A stretch of DNA of 64,000 nucleotides from Gemmatimonadota bacterium (lineage in GTDB: Bacteria > 4572-55 > J002). The stretch spans positions 1,976 to 65,975 of the forward strand of contig RFFQ01000173.1 in NCBI GenBank assembly GCA_003697105.1. The letters are read 5' to 3'. Every line of letters begins with the position of its first letter. Within the stretch, counting starts at the first letter, position 1. The position numbers and the translations under genes are program-made. The notes beneath the pieces were generated by a model that worked only from the letters and a program-made list of their open reading frames with translations, had not been told where the DNA came from and searched no databases. Below are positions 10,228-19,933 of this stretch, one piece after another.

Positions 10228-11173
10228 ATTTTTCTACGGCATGATCCACCGGTTTTAGGGTTCGTAAATAGGCGTAGATTGCACCTAAATCGGCTTCGGT
10301 CATCCCCGCATACATTACCCACGGCATGGGGGTGTTGAACACTTCCGCGGGAAGTTGTTGGTTTTCCGGAAGTTCATATTTTTTGAACTGCTGGATAAAC
10401 TGAGCGCGCGTCCAACCCCCGATACCGGTTTTTTCATGCGGTGTAATATTTGCCCCGCGTGCAACCTGACCATTGGAGAGTGCGATCTCAAATCCACCGG
10501 CAAACTCCATCCCCGGTACCATCTGTCCTTTTTCCTGCGGGGTGTGGCAAATAATGCACCCGCCGATTGTTGCCAGATATTTGCCATACGCGATGCTGTC
10601 GGATTCCGCCGGTTTGGGCTGGAAATTTGCCGGTTGCGGTATTGTGCGCACGATCAAATTCAGCGGGAATTTGAGCTGGGAACGCGGTACCGCGTTCTCA
10701 ATCGGCTTCAATGTTTTGATGTAGGCTAAAATTGAATATAAATCTTCTTGATCCATGTGGGCATAAAGCCGGTAGGGCATGAGTGGAAAGAGTGGTTCAC
10801 CATTTTTATCAACACCCTCCGAAACCGCTCGCAACAATTCACCATCCGTCCAATCCCCGAGTGCCGCTGGGGTAATATTGGGTGCGTAGAGCCTTCCGAC
10901 TTCCGGAAAAAGCTCGCCTCCCTGACCTTCGGTTCCGGCAATCGGCGGTCCTCCATAAAAGTCCCAATTTCGCTTTGAGTGACAATCAATACAGACCGTA
11001 ACATGGTTTGCCAGATACGCTCCACGGGCGAGTCGCTCCGGGGTGATCTCGATGGTAATCTCCGCGGGTGGGCTGACTTTAGGAAACGCGGTAAACAGGA
11101 ATACCACCATACCGACAGCCCCCAAAATAGCAAGTAGGACTAAACTCCCGATCAGTTTCAGAATGAGTTTCAT
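10214..11173 (-). CDS. Membrane-anchored di-heme c-type cytochrome
   Basis: N-terminal TM helix; two CxxCH motifs (CIDCH, CIICH) in duplicated halves (G.YLA...NITP..G.W...MP..Y). Confidence 0.9.
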   Translation of the reverse strand: MKLILKLIGSLVLLAILGAVGMVVFLFTAFPKVSPPAEITIEITPERLARGAYLANHVTVCIDCHSKRNWDFYGGPPIAGTEGQGGELFPEVGRLYAPNITPAALGDWTDGELLRAVSEGVDKNGEPLFPLMPYRLYAHMDQEDLYSILAYIKTLKPIENAVPRSQLKFPLNLIVRTIPQPANFQPKPAESDSIAYGKYLATIGGCIICHTPQEKGQMVPGMEFAGGFEIALSNGQVARGANITPHEKTGIGGWTRAQFIQQFKKYELPENQQLPAEVFNTPMPWVMYAGMTEADLGAIYAYLRTLKPVDHAVEKFEIP

Positions 11174-11323
11174 GTGTTCTCCTCACAACTGGATATGTAA
11201 AAAATGGGTTAGAGCTATTATCTATATTTGGAGCATATTCCTATTATTCCGGTATATAATTTGTTCTCAATTGATTTTATTACAGACAAAAGCCGTGTTT
11301 TTTTGATTTTGTAATCTAAGTAA

Positions 11324-11336
11324 TATCAAGAACTTA
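11324..11336 (+). promoter_or_regulatory. IHF-consensus site
   Basis: TATCAAGAACTTA is an exact match to WATCAANNNNTTR in an AT-rich divergent intergenic region. Confidence 0.45.
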
Positions 11337-11388
11337 CATTTATTAAGCGAATAGCAGGATATTGTCAAGTAAAATATGACTTAACCTG

Positions 11389-11417
11389 TTGACAAAAAAT
11401 ATGCTTTCGCGTACAAT
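11389..11417 (+). promoter_or_regulatory. Sigma70-type promoter for the 1447-aa exported protein
   Basis: TTGACA-N17-TACAAT. Confidence 0.75.
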
Positions 11418-11581
11418 GCAAAATTACCCAATACCTTTATGGGTTCTTCGGTAATTTTGGTAGGAGCGGGTTACGCCACGGGTAATTGGTTCGGTTGTGA
11501 AAATATCCCCCGTGTTTTCAGGTACATTCCCCAAAATATCAGGAGAGCTACTGTATCCACATATCATTAGGAGGTCAAGTC

Positions 11582-14500
11582 ATGCAAAATTATAGACATG
11601 GTATTGAACTACTTGTCTGGGTGCTGGTCGTGTTTAGTTCCACTGCATTTGCCCAGATTCCAGATGGAGCAGTACTTTGGCTTGATGCCAACGTCGGGGT
11701 GACTGAAGTCAGCGGTTTGGTTCGTCTTTGGGAAGACCAATCGGGGCAAAATAATGATGCGTATCAAAACACCAGCGGTAATCGTCCCATTCAAGTGGAT
11801 AACGCCCTTAACGGATTCCCCATCATCCGGTTTGATGGAGATGATGATTTTCTACAAGTAGATGATCAGAGTAGCTTGAATCCCGATCAATTGACTCTGT
11901 TTGTCGTCGGGAAGTACCGTGACGGCGTCTCCAATACGTTTGTAAACAAATCGACCAGTTCTTTGCGGACGGATGGCTATGGGATGGTTCAGGTGGAAGT
12001 AGATCAAGTGGCAGAAGTGGGACTTTATGTGGATAATGTAGTTCGTATTGCCAATGGTCCTGTGGTCAGTGATACTTATACCATTATGAGCGGGCGTTAC
12101 AATGAAAGTTCTATTGATTTTTATACTAATGGGTCTTTGCAGGAGAGCTATCTGTTTAGCAATTCGATTTCGCATTCCAGTAAAGAACTCCGGATCGGGG
12201 CAGCACGAGTTTCGAGCCTGAACAGCAACCCTACCCTCGCTTTGGAGGGCGATATTGCCGAAATTATCCTTTATCCGAGTGCCTTGGATGACTCAGACCG
12301 GTATGCGGTAGAGAGTTATCTTGGCACAAAATACGGTATTCCGGTAGCCGAATACGCCCCCGAAATTGTTGTCGATCCGTCAGAACTGGACTTTAATTTT
12401 ACCCTCCAAAATACCTCCTACAGTGTAACATTGACGGTTGAAAACGAGGGGAGTGCTCCCCTGATCGTTTCGGATATTACCGCTTCGGATGATGCGTTTG
12501 TTCCGGCAGAAACGGCGTTTACAGTGGCGCCATTCTCAACCCATGATGTCATTGTAACGTTCACCCCTACGCATCTAACCTCCTACACCGCCGATCTGAC
12601 CGTTTTGAGTGATGATTATGATGAGCCTGAGAAGATTGTGCCCATGACTGGGGTTGGATTCGATATTCCACGTGGCATGAATCTCTGGTTGCGTGCGGAT
12701 CGGGGTATCGTCGGTTCTACCAGTGATCTAAATTATCTCGTGCAGGAATGGCAGGATCAGTCTGGGCATGGTCATCATGCTACCCAATCTGCTATTATCA
12801 ATCGCCCATTTTGGCGAGAAAATGTGATTGAACTCAACTGGCAAGCATCGCTCTACTGGGATTTAGAGTACAATCCACTGGGGCAGTTTCTACGCATTGC
12901 ACACGATGCCGAGTTAGAACCCTCAACGATCACCCTTTTTGTGGTCGCCTCCATCCACACGGATTGGACGACCTGGGGTACGTTGATCACAAAAACACCC
13001 CATGAATATGCCCAAACGGGATATGCGCTTCAGCAAAATGGGGCATTTGACCAACTCAATTTCTGGATCAATCCCTATGCGGCAACCGGCTCCGGGGTTA
13101 CCAGCAATTTTTCATCCGGGGATGAAAATATTTTTATGGGGCGCTACACCCCCGGTGATTTGAGCATCTTTCGGGATGGACGACGTCAAGACCAAAGCAC
13201 CTATGCAGATGGTATTATTTATGAAGGAAATGTTGATGTCCTTATCGGGGCAGAGACCACCGAAAGCGGGGAGAGCACAACCAATTTTTATGATGGCTAT
13301 ATTGCCGAAATTTTGCTTTATCCATCTGCCCTTAGCCGGGAGGAACGGCTCGAGGTAGAAGACTATCTAAGTGCTAAATACGGTATTACCCTCGATTATG
13401 ATGGCGCCGTGATTGCCACCACCCCGACCTCCCTTGATTTTGGGGCGATCTGCCTCGATACTCCCCAAACGAGTGACCTCCGTATCATCAATGCCGGGGA
13501 TCAGGATTTAGTTGTTACGGATATTACCCGCGATAATGACGCCTTTACCATCAGTGAAACGGCATTTACCGTGCCGTTTGGTAGCTCGCACGACATCCAA
13601 GTCACATTCACCCCAACCGCCGCAGAGAGTTACAGTGGTACCCTGACTATCATCAGTAATGCGGCTAATAATGATGCGTTGCAAGTGCCGGTAAACGGAA
13701 CCGGCTTGAGCGAGGATGCCGCCGGGCATTCGCTCCATTTTGACGGTATGGATGATGTGGTGATCGTCAATGATACGCTGGGGCTGAATCTGACCTATGC
13801 CGCCCTCACGGTGGAAGCGTGGGTCTATTTGGATCGGTTGCCAGAGAATTACGCCACCGTCATCAATCAATATGATGATCAGGGGAATGCCACCTTCTGG
13901 CTGGGAGTGAATTCCGCCGGTAATGTGGAATTTTGGGTCTATGGCACAACCGATGCCCACCGGGTAAGTTCGGTTGCGCTAGAAGCCAATCGATGGTATC
14001 ACATTGCCGGAACTTTTGGCAGTTTGGTGGATTTGCATGTCTATATCGATGCGATCCGACAGGATGGAACGCTGGAAGGTACTATTCCGTACTATCTGGA
14101 CGTGGTGGATCAGGATATTTGGATCGGTAATGAAGATAGCGGCGAGGAGCATGGTTTCAGTGGCAATATCGACCTGCCGCGTATCTGGTACGAACAGCGC
14201 AACCCGGCGGAACTTTTGCGCACGGTCAATTGGGAAACCATCCCGGATAGCCTCAGCACGCAACTTATTGCCTCATGGAATTTTAATGAAGGCAGTGGCG
14301 ACCTCGCGGCAGATGACCGGAATCCGGCGTATGACGGGCACATTGAGGGGGCAAGCTGGCATTGTCCCGGAGCGCCGCTCAATATCAGTTATGATGCCAT
14401 CATCTCTGCCTCGCGGGATTCGGTGGATTTCAGCGAAGTGGCAGTAGGTACCCTCGGTTTGGATAACGCGGATACCCTCTGGATTTACAATTCTGGTACA

Positions 14501-15925
14501 GATGACCTGGTTGTTTCTGATATTAGCTCATCGATTCCGGGGGTGTTCATTGCTGCCCCACAAAATTTCACCGTAGCTCCCGGTGAAAGGCAGTTGTTGA
14601 CACTCACATTTTACCCCATCGCCGAGCACGAATACAACGCCCAATTGTGGTTTTTCAGTAATGATCCCGATTTTGATCGGAATCCACTGGTAGTCAAGGT
14701 GCATGGGGTGGGTATTCCTGACCCCGACCCGTATTGCCTCATGTTTGATGGCACAGATGACTATGTTTCCATCCCGCATGATCCGAGTCTGGACTTTACC
14801 GGACAGATGACCGCTGAATTTTGGATGTGGATCGATGCGTATCCGGTTGAAAATCAGTATCTTCTTGCCAAAACCCATGAAGCGGGTGACGCCAGTGACC
14901 CGGACCAGCCCTTCCAAATTTATGTTGATGCTACCGGATATTTGAATTTTGCGCGCGGTACCGGTTCACAATTGCTCACGGTGACCTCCACCCGAAGAAT
15001 CCCCCTAGAGTTGTGGACGCATGTGGCATGTGTTTACAATGATTCTGCCCTGGTGATCTACCTCAACGGGGTGCGAGACGCCACGCAAGATGCTCCCGAT
15101 CAAACATTCAGCACAAGTGATGGTCTTTTGTGCTTCGGGGCGGCAAAATTGGAAAATAGTATCCACGGCAATTTCAGCGGAAAATTGGATGATGTGCGCC
15201 TCTGGCAGCGGGGGTTACGCGCGGTGGAAATCGAAACTTACAAAAATACAACACTCACCATTGATTTGAGTGAGCTAGGCTTGGTTTCCGCCTGGAATTT
15301 TGAAGAAAGTAGTGGGCAAACTATTGGGGATACGCAAGGTAATAATGATGGTTACCGGGGCGAAAATGCGAGCGTGTCAGGTGACGATGCCGACCCGGCG
15401 TGGACAACACCCGGATTTATTGCGTTCGCTGAGATTGCGTCTGACCCCACCAGTTTCGACTTCGGGCAAGTCTATGTCGGGAGTTCCGTTACACAAACCT
15501 TGACGATTCATAATTTGGGGAATGAGTGGCTCACCGGTACCGCTTCCGTGGTCGATCCGTTTACCCTGAATAATCTGAATAACTTTGGGGTGGCGGTGGT
15601 CTGGTTGGGCACACAAGAGATCAGCGTGACCTTTGCTCCTTCTACCGTTGGTCTCGTTGAGGATTTTGTGTATATTTCCACGAATGATGAGGACGAAAGT
15701 TTGCTGAGTCTGCCCATCCGGGGTGAGGGTATTTCGGCGCGACCCTGTGGTTATGATCTGAATTGCGATGGTGTGATCGATATTATTGATGTGGAAATGG
15801 TCTCGCACAAGGTGGGATCGATGGCACCGGAGGATTTAATCCGTCTCGATGTAGTGGTGGATGGTGTGATCGATGAAAAGGATGTCGATTTCATCAACCA
15901 ACAGTGGGATCCGGCGACAGAGTAA
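11582..15925 (+). CDS. Large secreted protein: four LamG/ConA-like domains alternating with four ASH/choice-of-anchor-D Ig domains, plus a C-terminal dockerin-like module
   Basis: AGGAGG RBS; signal peptide ending AFA. LamG motifs (LWLDA..G, WEDQSG, FDGxDD, GDIAEII; TVEAWV, WYHIAGT, GKLDDVRLW). Ig motifs (LDFG...N.G...L.V..I...F.P). Duplicated DxNxDGxID-like loops (DLNCDGVIDIID, DVVVDGVIDEKD). Confidence 0.85.
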   Translation: MQNYRHGIELLVWVLVVFSSTAFAQIPDGAVLWLDANVGVTEVSGLVRLWEDQSGQNNDAYQNTSGNRPIQVDNALNGFPIIRFDGDDDFLQVDDQSSLNPDQLTLFVVGKYRDGVSNTFVNKSTSSLRTDGYGMVQVEVDQVAEVGLYVDNVVRIANGPVVSDTYTIMSGRYNESSIDFYTNGSLQESYLFSNSISHSSKELRIGAARVSSLNSNPTLALEGDIAEIILYPSALDDSDRYAVESYLGTKYGIPVAEYAPEIVVDPSELDFNFTLQNTSYSVTLTVENEGSAPLIVSDITASDDAFVPAETAFTVAPFSTHDVIVTFTPTHLTSYTADLTVLSDDYDEPEKIVPMTGVGFDIPRGMNLWLRADRGIVGSTSDLNYLVQEWQDQSGHGHHATQSAIINRPFWRENVIELNWQASLYWDLEYNPLGQFLRIAHDAELEPSTITLFVVASIHTDWTTWGTLITKTPHEYAQTGYALQQNGAFDQLNFWINPYAATGSGVTSNFSSGDENIFMGRYTPGDLSIFRDGRRQDQSTYADGIIYEGNVDVLIGAETTESGESTTNFYDGYIAEILLYPSALSREERLEVEDYLSAKYGITLDYDGAVIATTPTSLDFGAICLDTPQTSDLRIINAGDQDLVVTDITRDNDAFTISETAFTVPFGSSHDIQVTFTPTAAESYSGTLTIISNAANNDALQVPVNGTGLSEDAAGHSLHFDGMDDVVIVNDTLGLNLTYAALTVEAWVYLDRLPENYATVINQYDDQGNATFWLGVNSAGNVEFWVYGTTDAHRVSSVALEANRWYHIAGTFGSLVDLHVYIDAIRQDGTLEGTIPYYLDVVDQDIWIGNEDSGEEHGFSGNIDLPRIWYEQRNPAELLRTVNWETIPDSLSTQLIASWNFNEGSGDLAADDRNPAYDGHIEGASWHCPGAPLNISYDAIISASRDSVDFSEVAVGTLGLDNADTLWIYNSGTDDLVVSDISSSIPGVFIAAPQNFTVAPGERQLLTLTFYPIAEHEYNAQLWFFSNDPDFDRNPLVVKVHGVGIPDPDPYCLMFDGTDDYVSIPHDPSLDFTGQMTAEFWMWIDAYPVENQYLLAKTHEAGDASDPDQPFQIYVDATGYLNFARGTGSQLLTVTSTRRIPLELWTHVACVYNDSALVIYLNGVRDATQDAPDQTFSTSDGLLCFGAAKLENSIHGNFSGKLDDVRLWQRGLRAVEIETYKNTTLTIDLSELGLVSAWNFEESSGQTIGDTQGNNDGYRGENASVSGDDADPAWTTPGFIAFAEIASDPTSFDFGQVYVGSSVTQTLTIHNLGNEWLTGTASVVDPFTLNNLNNFGVAVVWLGTQEISVTFAPSTVGLVEDFVYISTNDEDESLLSLPIRGEGISARPCGYDLNCDGVIDIIDVEMVSHKVGSMAPEDLIRLDVVVDGVIDEKDVDFINQQWDPATE

Positions 15926-15958
15926 GCGGTGTGCCGTAATCATTCGATCTATCAACAC

Positions 15959-15995
15959 AAAAAAGCCCTGAACATATAATGTCCAGGGCTTTTTT
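15959..15995. terminator. Bidirectional intrinsic terminator
   Basis: AAAAAAGCCCTG...CAGGGCTTTTTT between the convergent large CDS and tRNA. Confidence 0.85.
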
Positions 15996-15997
15996 GA

Positions 15998-16073
15998 TGG
16001 CGTCCCCAGGGGGATTCGAACCCCCGTTACCGCCGTGAAAGGGCGGTGTCCTAGGCCCCTAGACGATGGGGAC
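15998..16073 (-). tRNA. tRNA-Glu (anticodon TTC)
   Basis: Reverse complement GTCCCCATCGTCTAGGGGCCTAGGACACCGCCCTTTCACGGCGGTAACGGGGGTTCGAATCCCCCTGGGGACGCCA: 7-bp acceptor stem, CTTTCAC anticodon loop, GTTCGAAT T-loop, encoded CCA. Confidence 0.98.
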
Positions 16074-16089
16074 GCACCTAAAATACATA

Positions 16090-16938
16090 TTAGTTAAAGA
16101 ACGCTAAAATCGTTGATAGTCGGGACTTTAATTCGTTCCGGGGAACGATCATATCAATCATACCGTGATCCAGGAAAAATTCCGAGCTTTGAAATCCTTC
16201 TGGTAAATCCTCACCGATGGTTTGTTTAATCACCCGTGGTCCCGCAAATCCAAGCAATGCTCCGGGCTCCGCAATGATGATGTCTCCTAAGGAAGCAAAG
16301 CTTGCCATCACACCTGCGGTAGTGGGATTGGTCAGTATCGAGATATACGGTACTTTCGCGTGATCTAACTTACTTAACCACGCACTGGTTTTTGCCATTT
16401 GCATTAACGAGAGAACACTCTCTTGCATTCGCGCTCCACCGGAAGCGGAAACGATAATCAATGGCGTTTTGCTGTTATAGGCACGCTTTATTGCGCGGGT
16501 AATGGTTTCACCCACTACCGAACCCATACTCCCACCGATAAAGGCAAAATCTAAAATGGCAAAGACCACCGGTAAACCATTTATGGTCCCGTCTCCAGAA
16601 ATAATCGCATCTTTCGATCCGGTTTTTTCTTGATATTGTTTCAAACGGACGGGATACGGTTTAGAATCTACAAACGAAAGGGGATCCGTTGGTGCCAGGT
16701 TCTGATCATGCAAGGTTAATTTCCCATCATCTAGCAGAATTTTGATGTACTGCTTAGACGAGATACGGAAATGATGCCCGCATTTGGGGCAAAGGTGCAA
16801 GTGCTCCTGAAGCACCTCATTAAAAACCGTCTCTCCGCAACCATCGCATTTTGTCCAAAGACCTTTCGGTACCGATTTCCTCGGTGGTGTTTTCGCTCCC
16901 TCAGCCGGCTTCTTTTTCTTTTTGCCGAACCACATCAT
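16090..16938 (-). CDS. accD: Acetyl-CoA carboxylase carboxyltransferase beta subunit
   Basis: Zn finger CxxC-x15-CxxC; FIGGSMGSVVGE, SGGARMQE, GFAGPRVI, LPEGFQ. Confidence 0.97.
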   Translation of the reverse strand: MMWFGKKKKKPAEGAKTPPRKSVPKGLWTKCDGCGETVFNEVLQEHLHLCPKCGHHFRISSKQYIKILLDDGKLTLHDQNLAPTDPLSFVDSKPYPVRLKQYQEKTGSKDAIISGDGTINGLPVVFAILDFAFIGGSMGSVVGETITRAIKRAYNSKTPLIIVSASGGARMQESVLSLMQMAKTSAWLSKLDHAKVPYISILTNPTTAGVMASFASLGDIIIAEPGALLGFAGPRVIKQTIGEDLPEGFQSSEFFLDHGMIDMIVPRNELKSRLSTILAFFN

Positions 16939-17004
16939 TCCATAACCCTTTCATCATGAGGGCACAATTTATACGGCATTTGTACCGGTTTGTCAACAAA
17001 AAAA

Positions 17005-17829
17005 TCAGCCGTTTGTCATAAATTGTATCAAAAGCTGTGATAATTTTTCGCTGGCTTGGTTGGCTACGGTAATGACCTCTGTATGGGTGGTTTCCCCAAC
17101 ATGCCCGACTGCCACATTTGTAATGCACGAAATACCGATAACATCCAGCCCAAGTGCTTTGGCAAACATCCACTCCGGCACCGTTGACATCGATACGGCA
17201 TCCGCAAATTGGCGTAGCATTTCGATTTCCATCGGGGATTCATAATTGGGACCGTATGCCCAAGCAAAAACGCCCCGTTGTAATCGCAGACCTGCCTCCT
17301 GTGCCGCTTGTTCGATCTGACGGATTCGTTGGGGAGAGGTCATCTCTCGAATTGAGGGGCGTTGGGGGTGGACTTTCTGAAAATCTCGTAGGGGATCGGT
17401 AAAAGTGAAGTTGATCACATCGGTGATGAGCATTAAATCCGCTGGACGGAAATGGCGATTTAGCCCGCCCGATGCGGTCGTTAATATCAAGGTTTGAACC
17501 CCCAGTAGGTGGAGCACAGCGACCGGAAAGACCACCTGCCTCAACGGATAACCCTCGTAAACATGAAAACGACCTTGCATCACGACAACGGATTGACCGG
17601 CGATTGTGCCAAGGGTCAATTTGCCGGAATGCCCTTTAACGGTAGAAACCGGAAAATGAGGAATCTCCGCATAGGAAATTTGTTGGTGGATGTGGATTCG
17701 ATCGACAAACGCCCCTAAACCGGAACCAAGAACGATACCAAATGTGGGCGTACCTGCATCTTGGGTCTTTACATACGCCGCGGCTTCCTGTGCGGCTTCA
17801 AATATGGGATCCGTTTTAGCGATTATCAT
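17005..17829 (-). CDS. punA: Purine nucleoside phosphorylase (trimeric type)
   Basis: VLGSGLG, GHSG, QGRFHVYEG, GPNYES, MSTVPE, SCITN. Confidence 0.93.
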   Translation of the reverse strand: MIIAKTDPIFEAAQEAAAYVKTQDAGTPTFGIVLGSGLGAFVDRIHIHQQISYAEIPHFPVSTVKGHSGKLTLGTIAGQSVVVMQGRFHVYEGYPLRQVVFPVAVLHLLGVQTLILTTASGGLNRHFRPADLMLITDVINFTFTDPLRDFQKVHPQRPSIREMTSPQRIRQIEQAAQEAGLRLQRGVFAWAYGPNYESPMEIEMLRQFADAVSMSTVPEWMFAKALGLDVIGISCITNVAVGHVGETTHTEVITVANQASEKLSQLLIQFMTNG

Positions 17830-19307
17830 GGGACATATACCGAAACAGAAATAGGATTTAAAAAGAAAGATTCCGGCGTCACTGCCGTCATCAGACCCGT
17901 GTTACTAAAGTGAAATAACCGGTAGGAGTGGCGATCCACCACCCAACATCCGCCGTTAGTGGGATCGCTGGCAAGGGATGCGGGTCGGACTAAATCTAAG
18001 CCACCACCCCCACTAAACGCAAGTGTTAACTCTCCGTTTTCCGAAAATTTGAGGAGTTGAGCACTTCCAAACGGGGTTTCTTCACTAATCCAACACTCAC
18101 TGGACTGGGGGTCCACACTCAGGGCAAACGGTCGATGAAATTCCGTCCCGCTGAATACCTCTGGGAAACGATGCCAACCTGTCCCAGTTAAACGGGTGGA
18201 AATATCCGTGCCATTTGAGATGGTGGGTTGTAATACGATTACCGATCCGGGAAATTGATCCGTGGCGGATTCCGCTTGGTAGGCATCGGCAACCCAACAG
18301 ATACCGGTCACCGGATTAATTGCAAGTGCTACGGGGGCGGTAAACCCCTCAATGACGGCTTCTAGTGCGACTGATTCCGGGGTCGGTGATACCAACCGGA
18401 AAAGCATTCCCGTTTCGGCATCGACAACCCAGCAGTTCCCTCGTTGGGGGTCCACCTGAATCGCTGAAATATGCTGAAAACGATCATCTTCAAAGCGCAC
18501 ATGATGTGCCCCACTGGTAGAGCTTACGTCGTAATTTGCCGGAATTTGATCGGTCTGAAACAGTTTAACCACCATTTGCCGCTCCTGATCCACAACCCAA
18601 CATTCATGGTGCGGGTGATTGGCGGTGATTTGCACAATCGATCCGGACCAACCGGTGATGCGCCGCAAAATTGTACCTCCGGCACTCAGGTAGTAGAGTT
18701 GGTCTTCATCCACTACCCAGCAATTACCACTCGTTGGATCGGCATCCACAAGGGTGGGCGACGTTAATGGGATGCTGTGAATCGTCACAAAACGGTCTTC
18801 CGGATCGGTGATAGCCGGGTTGTAGAGCATTTGGTATATACGGGGGCGCTGGCGGTTGCGATCTGTGACCCAACCATAAACCAGTTCCTCCGGTAACTCC
18901 CCAAATTGCGCGGTGGAAGGTTTGCTCTGGAGACCAAAATCATTGATGGCAATAATCTGGTAAGAGTAGCGTTGACCCGCGATGACGGTTGTATCCACAT
19001 AAGTGCGCGTTTGGGTGATGTCCACTTCGGGCGAATCGAGACCGAGGGTGGCGATAACCTCAGAGGGATGATCTCCCATTTCTGAACGCCGTACCTGATA
19101 TTGAACGGCATTCAAAACCGCACCCCACCGGATTAGCAGGTGACCGCCGTAAGGCTCAATCGAGGAAATTACCGGTGTTGCCAACGCTTGGCTTGCCGTA
19201 TTCGGATTTTCAGGGTCCGCCGGATTACTGTGCTCTAAGGAACAGCCGATCAGTAGAACGAGACATCCATACCCAATTAAATATTTCAATCCAAATATGT
19301 CTTTCAT
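17826..19307 (-). CDS. Lipoprotein with an FN3-like domain and an NHL-like beta-propeller
   Basis: Lipobox LIGC then NPADPENP; FN3-like YVDTTV..G..YSYQI.A.N..G..S; repeated (D/N)P..G.CWV.D blades. Confidence 0.75.
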   Translation of the reverse strand: MKDIFGLKYLIGYGCLVLLIGCSLEHSNPADPENPNTASQALATPVISSIEPYGGHLLIRWGAVLNAVQYQVRRSEMGDHPSEVIATLGLDSPEVDITQTRTYVDTTVIAGQRYSYQIIAINDFGLQSKPSTAQFGELPEELVYGWVTDRNRQRPRIYQMLYNPAITDPEDRFVTIHSIPLTSPTLVDADPTSGNCWVVDEDQLYYLSAGGTILRRITGWSGSIVQITANHPHHECWVVDQERQMVVKLFQTDQIPANYDVSSTSGAHHVRFEDDRFQHISAIQVDPQRGNCWVVDAETGMLFRLVSPTPESVALEAVIEGFTAPVALAINPVTGICWVADAYQAESATDQFPGSVIVLQPTISNGTDISTRLTGTGWHRFPEVFSGTEFHRPFALSVDPQSSECWISEETPFGSAQLLKFSENGELTLAFSGGGGLDLVRPASLASDPTNGGCWVVDRHSYRLFHFSNTGLMTAVTPESFFLNPISVSVYVP

Positions 19308-19933
19308 GGAGAAACCGTGACCGAAACTTCGACCGCTCGCGGTTGAAGTTGAAACTGAAGTTTACCCGTTGCCGGGTCTAATGCCTGATTGACCAACGTT
19401 TCAAACAACGCTTGATTGAGCTGACGAGCACTCCGTTGGGCATCATATATATTGTAAAGCCAAAGTATCGCGGCGCCGATCCAGAGTCCCTGAGAGATGT
19501 AGTAGTTGGTTTGTGCCTGATCGTATTGTTGTTGGATGTCATTCAAGGTGCGGGCGGTTTTGTAATTCGTATAGTGGGTTTGGGCATGGTGGTAAAAGAG
19601 TAGTGCCGAACCCAGTGCCAGCGTTTCTACACCCCCAAAAAGCCATCCTTTACGAGTCTGTCCCAACCGAAAATGCCCCAACCCGGGATACACCATTGCC
19701 CGGCGCCTAACTTGTTTGATCGAAATTTGTTGCTGTTGATAGTGTGCCAGCACCGTATCCATCACTCGCACTTGATCCCGGTCGATCTGGCGTTCGCTCT
19801 TTGTTTGCCAACCATATTGTTGAATATCCAGAATGGATTCTACCGGTTGGGCGTGGCTGTTTCCCCTGAGAAGTAGGAACAGACCACTAAGAACTAGCAC
19901 GTTATTGATACGTAATTTTTTCCGTAATTTCAT
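19304..19933 (-). CDS. Exported/membrane hypothetical protein (DUF5683-like)
   Basis: Signal peptide, PGLGHF motif, hydrophobic helices, LWLYNIYDA; overlaps both neighbouring genes. Confidence 0.65.
   Translation of the reverse strand: MKLRKKLRINNVLVLSGLFLLLRGNSHAQPVESILDIQQYGWQTKSERQIDRDQVRVMDTVLAHYQQQQISIKQVRRRAMVYPGLGHFRLGQTRKGWLFGGVETLALGSALLFYHHAQTHYTNYKTARTLNDIQQQYDQAQTNYYISQGLWIGAAILWLYNIYDAQRSARQLNQALFETLVNQALDPATGKLQFQLQPRAVEVSVTVSP

Noticed and set aside
11582..16073. Genomic island integrated at tRNA-Glu
   Set aside because: No integrase and no duplicated tRNA 3' end seen in the window.
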